NCBI GenBank assembly: GCA_000998135.1
Contig: LCCV01000010.1
Location: 9,073-73,072, forward strand
Source: Parcubacteria group bacterium GW2011_GWA2_42_14
GTDB lineage: Bacteria; Patescibacteriota; Minisyncoccia; Sungbacterales; GWA2-42-14
DNA: 64,000 nucleotides
Direction: 5' to 3'
Shown: in pieces, positions 57,862 to 64,000 of the stretch
Layout: every line of letters begins with the position of its first letter
Numbering within the stretch: the first letter of the stretch is position 1
The notes under the pieces: generated by a model
Seen by the model: only the letters and a program-made list of their open reading frames with translations
What the model was told of the DNA's origin: nothing
The model's database searches: none
Position numbers and translations under genes: made by a program

Positions 57862-58068
57862 TTATTCTGAATTGATAATTGCGAGAAGAGCAACCCAAGT
57901 AGCTAAAAGAAAAAGTTGTAGTCCGCCAAGTAGCCACGCCTCCATACCAAAAAGAACCAGATTTTGCCATAATCCTTCGGGCGAGAAGAGTTTATAGGCG
58001 AATAGCCACAGCCAGGTTGGAATAAGCGCTAAGGCAAGAGCAATAAGGCCAAAGAGGGTTTTGAATAT
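57862..58068 (-). CDS. Small membrane protein with non-canonical (ATA) or mutated start (not in ORF track)
   Basis: IFKTLFGLIALALALIPTWLWLFAYKLFSPEGLWQNLVLFG...INSE*; AAGGA 7 nt upstream; TTGACG..TATACT promoter. Confidence 0.55.
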   Translation of the reverse strand: MFKTLFGLIALALALIPTWLWLFAYKLFSPEGLWQNLVLFGMEAWLLGGLQLFLLATWVALLAIINSE

Positions 58069-58383
58069 TGGTATTTCCTTCAGTTTTTAACGAACTGGCA
58101 TTGTAGTATAGCAGGTTATTTTCGTGCGTCAAGGTTTGCTATATACAGATAGTTTTATATAATTAAAATATAGAAAATAGGTTTTATTCTTCGAGCGGAA
58201 TCGAGAAGTTTTACTTCGATAAACTCAGTATAGGCATTATGGTAAAGTTCTCAACAGAGCCAGCTTAGCTGGTCAGGCTCGAACACTAATAAGTTTTGGG
58301 GTTAAAAAGTCATTCTGAGGCAACAGCCGAAGAATCTTGTTTTTTTGAGATTCTTCACTTCGTTCAGAATGACTCAATAAGTT

Positions 58384-58938
58384 ATGTGGTTGCTTTATTA
58401 TATTTTTATTGGCGTTCCGATTGCGGTTATCGGGTGGCTGGTCATAATTTACAATAGTTTGATAAGCGGTAAACAGCAGATTCAAGAGGCCTGGTCGGAT
58501 ATTGAAGTCCAGTTGAAGCGCCGGTATGATTTGATTCCGAATGTCATTGAAACCGTTAAAGGATACGCGTCGCATGAGCGGAATCTTTTTGAAAAAGTAA
58601 CGCAAGCCAGAACCGCGGCTATGGGCGCAAAAAGCGCTCAAGAACATGCTCAATCGGAAAATATGCTTTCCAATACCCTGAAAACTCTTTTTGCGGTTGC
58701 GGAAAATTATCCCGATCTGAAAGCCAATGTTAATTTTCTTGATTTGCAAAGAGAATTGGCCGATACGGAAAATAAAATCCAGGCATCCCGCAGGTTTTAT
58801 AACGGCAATGTGCGCGATTTCAACATTAAGATACAATCTTTTCCCTCAAATTTTGTCGCCCGCGCCTTTGGTTTCAAAGAAGCGGAATTTTTTGATATGA
58901 ATGAGAGAGAAAAGGCCGTTCCAACCGTAAAATTTTAA
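58384..58938 (+). CDS. lemA: LemA family protein
   Basis: AWSDIEVQLKRRYDLIPN, VAENYPDLKAN, SRRFYN. Confidence 0.95.
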   Translation: MWLLYYIFIGVPIAVIGWLVIIYNSLISGKQQIQEAWSDIEVQLKRRYDLIPNVIETVKGYASHERNLFEKVTQARTAAMGAKSAQEHAQSENMLSNTLKTLFAVAENYPDLKANVNFLDLQRELADTENKIQASRRFYNGNVRDFNIKIQSFPSNFVARAFGFKEAEFFDMNEREKAVPTVKF

Positions 58939-58980
58939 ATCGCCATCTCTGAATTCTAAATAAATTTCAATTGCAATTTT

Positions 58981-59052
58981 TTAAGTGAATTAAGCGAGTT
59001 AAGCCAGTTAAGCTTAATTTACTTAATTCACTTAACTTGCTTAGTAAGCTTA
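58981..59052. repeat. 9-bp-periodic hairpin (TTAAGNNNN)n/(CTTAA..)n
   Basis: ttaagtgaattaagcgagttaagccagttaagcttaatttacttaattcacttaacttgcttag. Confidence 0.75.
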
Positions 59053-59099
59053 TTTAAAAACGGGGCTTGCTTTTTTCACAGTTTTTGTTATAATAGAGT

Positions 59100-59207
59100 T
59101 AATACGGTAGTTAATGCCGAAAAATGGGTATTTTCCAGGAGGGAATCCCAGGAAGGCGAAAAACCCTGCTTTTTCTGTAATCTTGCGGGGAGGTCGAACT
59201 ACTGCAA
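59100..59207 (+). other. Candidate structured RNA or leader upstream of khpA
   Basis: Follows a TTGCTT-17-TATAAT promoter; closing helix GTAGTT/AACTAC with nested stems. Confidence 0.35.
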
Positions 59208-59311
59208 TATCGCGAATTATCACAAATTGATTGCATCGCTAATCAAACACGAATACTCTTTTTAGAGATAATTTGAGACGGGATTCGAGATTGATTAGTG
59301 ATTGAGCATAT

Positions 59312-59635
59312 ATGGCAAGAGCTGAACACGCAGACGCGGAATTTTTGGAATATGTCGTAAAGTCCCTTGTTGACAATCCCGACGCCGTAAAGGTGGATAG
59401 GAAAGTTGATGAGATGGGAGTTCTTTTGACTCTCAAGGTTGGTCCCGAAAGTATGGGGCAGGTAATCGGGCGAAACGGCAATACCGCTAAAGCTATCCGA
59501 ACCTTGCTTCGAGTTGTGGGTTTGAAAAACAGCGCCCGCGTTAACTTGAAGATTGAAGAGCCGGAAGGCGGAAGAGGTCCGCGAATGGAACGAAGAACAA
59601 GCGTTGACGAAGTTGTTGATGACTTGAGACTTTAA
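59312..59635 (+). CDS. khpA: KH domain RNA-binding protein KhpA (YlqC)
   Basis: LVDNPD, MGQVIGRNGNTAKAIRTL; near trmD. Confidence 0.9.
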   Translation: MARAEHADAEFLEYVVKSLVDNPDAVKVDRKVDEMGVLLTLKVGPESMGQVIGRNGNTAKAIRTLLRVVGLKNSARVNLKIEEPEGGRGPRMERRTSVDEVVDDLRL

Positions 59636-59761
59636 TCGAAATTTAAACATAAAATCCCCTGAGTTTATCAAAGGGGATTTTATGTTTGCGGCCATTGGTG
59701 TTAAAATTAAAAGGCGCAACTATGCGCCAAATGAAAAGTTTTTTATGCGTTTTGATATTTT

Positions 59762-59968
59762 TTACAATTTTTCCTCGAATATGATATGCTCTCCCCAGTA
59801 GTGATATATCACCGAGGAGTGCTCTATCCCCTCCCATCTGATTTCAATGGTTGGCTCGCCTCTGTCCATGAAAAGTTTTGTAATTATGCCGATATTGCCA
59901 AGCACTGAACGTACTTTTTGTCCGACGCGAAGTTTTTCCCAGGGAACATCGCTGAGGAATGTTGGCAT
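59762..59968 (-). CDS. Small hypothetical protein (SH3-like; cassette)
   Basis: LRVGQKVRS..G.I pattern; TTGACA-17-TACCAT promoter at ~60005-60033. Confidence 0.65.
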   Translation of the reverse strand: MPTFLSDVPWEKLRVGQKVRSVLGNIGIITKLFMDRGEPTIEIRWEGIEHSSVIYHYWGEHIIFEEKL

Positions 59969-60034
59969 GGCTTTTCTTCTTCTTTTTTTAAGGCAACTGA
60001 TAACATGGTATCAATGGTATTAACATTTGTCAAT

Positions 60035-60140
60035 ATACGTTTTGATATTATTATCCCGATTTCTCAAAATTTTTAGAGAAATTGAGGACTCTCGATTTTG
60101 TAGTTCCGCGCGGCGAAAACAAAATCGGGGCATTTTTCCA
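60035..60140 (+). pseudogene. Diverged 5' remnant of trmD interrupted by a palindromic element
   Basis: ata cgt ttt gat att att a[60054-60130]c att ttt cca = (M)RFDII(T)IFP versus intact MKFDIITIFP. Confidence 0.75.
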
Positions 60141-60142
60141 CT

Positions 60143-60871
60143 ATGAAGTTCGATATTATAACTATATTTCCCGAAGCATTTGAATCATATTTAAATGCCT
60201 CAATGTTTAAACGCGCCCAAGAGAAAAAAATCGCGGATATTCGCGTTCACGATTTAAGAAAGTTCGCGCAAGATAAACACAAAAAAGTGGATGACCGGCC
60301 GTATGGCGGAGGTCCGGGAATGGTGCTCAAAATTGAGTCCATTGTAAGAGCCATCGAGTCAATTTTGAGAAATTCTAAATTCAAAATCCTAAATTCTGAA
60401 CAAATTCAAAATTCAAAATTCAAAATTCAAAATTCACGGACTAAAATTATTATTTTTTCCGCTTCAGGAAAACAGTTTGACGCAAAAATGGCGGATGATT
60501 TTGCAAAAAAATACAACCACATCATTATGATTTGCGGCCACTATGAAGGCGTTGACGAGCGAGTTAAGCGTGTGATTCACGATTCAGGATTCATGGTTCA
60601 AGAACTGTCCGTCGGTCCTTACGTTTTAACCGGTGGCGAGCTTCCGGCCATGATAGTAATTGATGCCGTTTCTCGGCATATACCCGGGTTTTTGGGCAAA
60701 GCCGAATCTTTGGAAGAAAAACGCTATGGCATTGGCGTGCCGGTATATACCAGGCCGGAAATATTTAAGCATAAGGGCAAGAAATTCACAGTGCCAAAAG
60801 TACTTTTATCAGGCGCTCATAAAAAGATTGCCGCCTGGCGCGAATCTCGCGTTAGGCGAGCCTCGCCTTGA
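60143..60871 (+). CDS. trmD: tRNA (guanine37-N1)-methyltransferase with repeat-derived insertions
   Basis: VDDRPYGGGPGMV, CGHYEGVDER, YVLTGGE. Confidence 0.96.
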   Translation: MKFDIITIFPEAFESYLNASMFKRAQEKKIADIRVHDLRKFAQDKHKKVDDRPYGGGPGMVLKIESIVRAIESILRNSKFKILNSEQIQNSKFKIQNSRTKIIIFSASGKQFDAKMADDFAKKYNHIIMICGHYEGVDERVKRVIHDSGFMVQELSVGPYVLTGGELPAMIVIDAVSRHIPGFLGKAESLEEKRYGIGVPVYTRPEIFKHKGKKFTVPKVLLSGAHKKIAAWRESRVRRASP

Positions 60872-60967
60872 AAGGGCGTGAGAAATATGGAGAAAAAACA
60901 TAGGACATAATTTATGGCTTAACAATTTATGATAATTTTGATAGTATATATAAGAAGTTCCTTGTAA

Positions 60968-61621
60968 ATGTCAATAAAGGGCCGGAAGATGAGCGGTAAA
61001 ACCGAATTTATCAGAATTACTTTTATAATGGCTTTGTTTTTAACAATTAGCTGGATTTTTCCCGTGCCGGCTTTTTCTTTAACCCCTATTGAGGAAATTA
61101 GAGCCGCAACTGACCAGGTTTTGTTAATTTTTAAAAATAGTAAGTTAAACGATGAACAAAAAAAGAAACTTGTCCGCGAAGCGCTTCTTCCAAAATTTGA
61201 TTTTGATGAAATTTCAAAGAGGGTATTGGCCCGCCACCACCAGAAATATTCCGGCCGGATGAATGAATTTACTCCTTTGTTTACCGAGTTGTTGGAAAGC
61301 GCTTATTTAAGAAATATGCAGCTTGAATCCGTAAGAAGCGCCAGATTCGTTTATATAAATGAACGGATAGATGATGGTTTTGCCACGGTTGAAACAAAAA
61401 TTATAACCGCCCGGGGTTTGGAAATAGATGTTGGTTATAGAATGAGATTATTAGGCGGACAATGGAAAGTTTACGATATTCTGGTTGAGGGTATTAGCAT
61501 GGTTTCTAATTACCGCTCGCAATTTAATAAGATTCTTTCAAGTTCTTCACCTTTGCCGTTTGACGAGTTATTGAATAAAATGCGCGGGAAAGTAAATTTA
61601 ATGAATAGCCGCCAAAAGTAA
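60968..61621 (+). CDS. MlaC/Ttg2D family phospholipid-binding periplasmic protein
   Basis: Signal peptide; FDFDEISKRVL; WKVYDILVEGISMVSNYRSQF. Confidence 0.88.
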   Translation: MSIKGRKMSGKTEFIRITFIMALFLTISWIFPVPAFSLTPIEEIRAATDQVLLIFKNSKLNDEQKKKLVREALLPKFDFDEISKRVLARHHQKYSGRMNEFTPLFTELLESAYLRNMQLESVRSARFVYINERIDDGFATVETKIITARGLEIDVGYRMRLLGGQWKVYDILVEGISMVSNYRSQFNKILSSSSPLPFDELLNKMRGKVNLMNSRQK

Positions 61622-61737
61622 TTGGCGGTTTTTTGTTGGTTGTTCAAAATTTTAAAATCTGCCATTCTCCGATTCGCGCGAATCGGAGAATAGTCACTTT
61701 CTTTCTTTTTTGTTTGGAAACATGGTATAACTGTGTT

Positions 61738-63021
61738 ATGCCGCAATTTTATTTTCCAAAAGGTTTTTATTTTGGCGCATCAACCTCGGCTCATCAGGTT
61801 GAAGGCGGAAATAATAATGATTGGACAGAATGGGAGCATGCGAATAGCGCTCGCCTTGCCGCTGAGGCAGCAAGGCGTCATGCGAAAGCGCCCATGCGAA
61901 TACCGGATTACATTTTGAATAATTACCCGAATCCGTTGCAGGAGGAAAATTATATTTCCGGCAAAGCATGCGACCACTATAACCGTTTTCGGGAAGATTT
62001 TGACATTGCCAAAAAACTAGGCCACAACGCCCATCGTTTTTCAATTGAATGGTCGCGGATTGAACCGGAAGAAGGGAAATTTAACGAGGCAGAAATTGAG
62101 CATTATCGTGAGGTAATTAAAGCCCTTCGAGAGCGCGGCATTGAGCCGTTTGTAACGCTGTGGCATTGGACGAATCCAGTTTGGTTTTCAGAACGCGGCG
62201 GCTGGAAGAAAAAAGACGCGAAAGATTGTTTTTTGAGATATTGCAAAAAAATTATTTCCGCGCTTGAAGATGTTCGTTTTTTGATGATTTTGAATGAACC
62301 GGAAGCTCCTGTTCGGCATGGTTATATTATTAAAGATAGGCCGCCTGCGGTTGGCAATATTGTAGACGCCTATGTTGTTTTGAAGAATTTAATGGAAGCT
62401 CACAAAGAAGGGTACACACTACTAAAGGATTTGAGAAATGATTTACAAATAGGCATTTCTGAAAATCTCGTTTTTTTTGAACCTTATAACCATTTGCCAA
62501 ATAATTATCTCGGGATGAAATTAATTAAATGGTGGAGAAATAATCCATTTTTTTCTCGACTTATTCGTTATTCAGATTTTATCGGTTTTCAATATTATTT
62601 TCATTCTAGAATAAGAATCAACCCTCTTGTTTCAAGATGGGGTATTCAGTTTAATGAGAATAAAGAGCTAAGTGATTTTGGCTGGGAAATTTATCCGGAA
62701 GGAATTTATCATGTTTTGAAAGATTTGAAAAAATACGGGAAGCCGATTTATATAACCGAAAATGGTTTGGCCGACGCGCGAGACGAAAAAAGGGCAAAAT
62801 TTATTGAAGAACATTTGCGGTGGGTTGCTAAAGCAATTAAGGAGGGCGTTGACGTCCGCGGCTATTTCTACTGGTCGCTTTTTGATAACTTTGAATGGGA
62901 CAAGGGTTTCTGGCTAAGATTCGGATTGGTTGAAGTTGATTATAAAACAATGGAGCGGAAAATTAGACAAAGTGCTTGGGAGTATGCTAAGATAACCAAA
63001 GAAAATTCTATTGCTCTTTAA
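61738..63021 (+). CDS. Glycoside hydrolase family 1 (beta-glucosidase/galactosidase)
   Basis: FPKGFYFGASTSAHQVEG, RFSIEWSRI, NEP, ITENG, WSLFDNFEW. Confidence 0.94.
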   Translation: MPQFYFPKGFYFGASTSAHQVEGGNNNDWTEWEHANSARLAAEAARRHAKAPMRIPDYILNNYPNPLQEENYISGKACDHYNRFREDFDIAKKLGHNAHRFSIEWSRIEPEEGKFNEAEIEHYREVIKALRERGIEPFVTLWHWTNPVWFSERGGWKKKDAKDCFLRYCKKIISALEDVRFLMILNEPEAPVRHGYIIKDRPPAVGNIVDAYVVLKNLMEAHKEGYTLLKDLRNDLQIGISENLVFFEPYNHLPNNYLGMKLIKWWRNNPFFSRLIRYSDFIGFQYYFHSRIRINPLVSRWGIQFNENKELSDFGWEIYPEGIYHVLKDLKKYGKPIYITENGLADARDEKRAKFIEEHLRWVAKAIKEGVDVRGYFYWSLFDNFEWDKGFWLRFGLVEVDYKTMERKIRQSAWEYAKITKENSIAL

Positions 63022-63035
63022 AAGGAAACAAATCA

Positions 63036-63380
63036 ATGAACGAGAATTCTATTGAATTCTTGATTGAAGTTTTAACACCCGAACTTGCCGCTTTTGTTTT
63101 TTGTGAATCAAAAGAAAAATTGTTTGAATATGAAAATAATTTTAATACTATGCCTGCTGAAGTAAAAGCGCGTTTGGATTTTTTGCTGAAAATTATTAAA
63201 CACCTTGAAGAAATATGTAATGACGAAGGCGTGCGTCAATGGTTTTTCCGGCCAAGAGTACGACTTAACGGCATAAGTCCCATAATAATTTTTTATAAAG
63301 GTCGCTGGAAACCGGAAGACGAATTGCCGCAAGCTGTCATGCGTTTTGCTGAATCATTATGTGATGCCGACGTTACATAA
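63036..63380 (+). CDS. MbcA/ParS/Xre-like antitoxin C-terminal domain protein
   Basis: VRQWFFRPRVRLNGISP resembles the W..P...L.G.P motif. Confidence 0.55.
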   Translation: MNENSIEFLIEVLTPELAAFVFCESKEKLFEYENNFNTMPAEVKARLDFLLKIIKHLEEICNDEGVRQWFFRPRVRLNGISPIIIFYKGRWKPEDELPQAVMRFAESLCDADVT

Positions 63381-63468
63381 ATAATAAAAAAGCCCGTTCC
63401 GGAGCGGTCGTTATACGGCCTATCCCGGGCGGGTTATTTTTTAAAATCGGGGTAACTTTACCCCGTTT

Positions 63469-63627
63469 TTACTTAGTGTTAGCAACGATTGCGGTTGAAA
63501 CAACTGCAAATATTCCGCCAAAGAATAATGTTACAAGTATGGCGCCGGGATTTCCAGACCAATATATCGCGGAAACGGCCATTAAGGCGTAGCTTAGCCA
63601 TATTGCGGCAATGGCGATGTATTTCAT
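63469..63627 (-). CDS. Small 2-TM membrane protein (52 aa, not in ORF track; cassette)
   Basis: MKYIAIAAIWLSYALMAVSAIYWSGNPGAILVTLFFGGIFAVVSTAIVANTK*; AAGGGGG SD; TTGACA promoter; CGGGGTAA hairpin. Confidence 0.7.
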   Translation of the reverse strand: MKYIAIAAIWLSYALMAVSAIYWSGNPGAILVTLFFGGIFAVVSTAIVANTK

Positions 63628-63686
63628 TGTTGCCCCCTTGTTTGTTTTTGGTTCTGGTTATTATGTAGCAATGCCTCAAAAATTTG

Positions 63687-64000
63687 TCAATAGTCTTTTT
63701 CTTTAAATACGCTTTTTACGCGGTTGCGGGATGATTCGTTGTCCGGTTCAATTTGGATATTGGCGCAAATTAATTTAGGATATCGTTCGCGAAGGGCAAG
63801 TTTTACTCTATGAGAAATGTTATCGTGGGCGGCCTCAATGCTCATTTTGGAATGGACGCCTATATGAATATCCATGAAAAAGGCGTCTTTTCTTCCCCGT
63901 GAACGAATGGCGTGGCAGAATTTTACCCCGCTGATTGACGTTACAAATGTTTTAATTTCGTCTTCAGGCACAACTGCGGCGTCACAGAGAGTGGCTATTG
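63687..64000 (-). CDS. Cation diffusion facilitator (FieF-like) C-terminal domain; 5'-partial
   Basis: CHAIRSRG, MDIHIGV, SIEAAH, IQIEP; frame open to the window end. Confidence 0.82.
   Translation of the reverse strand, partial: IATLCDAAVVPEDEIKTFVTSISGVKFCHAIRSRGRKDAFFMDIHIGVHSKMSIEAAHDNISHRVKLALRERYPKLICANIQIEPDNESSRNRVKSVFKEKDY

Noticed and set aside
59140-59162. CCAGG..GGAAGG as a possible SRP (4.5S) RNA core
   Set aside because: It lacks the complete CAGG-NCC-GGAA-GG-AAGCAG domain IV pattern; kept only as an unassigned structured-RNA candidate.

Overview
Bacterial chromosomal window, most likely from a Patescibacteria/CPR (Parcubacteria-like) genome. This placement is inferred from AT-rich core genes without Shine-Dalgarno sites, two mreB copies, and PEGA, DUF3105 and CxxC-x17-CxxC proteins. 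TGA is used as a stop, so code 11. Core content: end of the ribosomal alpha cluster (infA-rpmJ-rpsM-rpsK-rpsD-rpoA-rplQ, rplM-rpsI), murA-mreB, holB, frr, tlyA-rseP, dsbA-like, trxB, gdhA, gap, proS, mreB-mreC-mreD-mrdA, greA, lysS, rdgB, serS, alr, uvrC, an S41 protease, uvrA, two CDP-alcohol phosphatidyltransferases, groES-groEL with a CIRCE, lemA, khpA, trmD, mlaC-like and a GH1. I found no rRNA, tRNA, CRISPR, transposase or integrase. Two unexplained layers stand out. (1) Dozens of short palindromic elements from several families (7-bp-periodic hairpins, 9-12-bp-periodic hairpins, REP-like and MITE-like palindromes). They fill intra-operon spacers, nest inside each other, and sit in frame inside core proteins (UvrA, UvrC, Alr, TrmD, LysS, a PEGA protein). 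At mreB and trmD they interrupt a recoded ghost copy of the gene's first codons lying just upstream of the intact gene. (2) Many small stand-alone accessory genes between core genes, typically with their own near-consensus sigma70 promoter, strong SD and terminator. Product calls come from motif recognition by eye; no database searches were run. Several starts were moved downstream of the ORF-track start.
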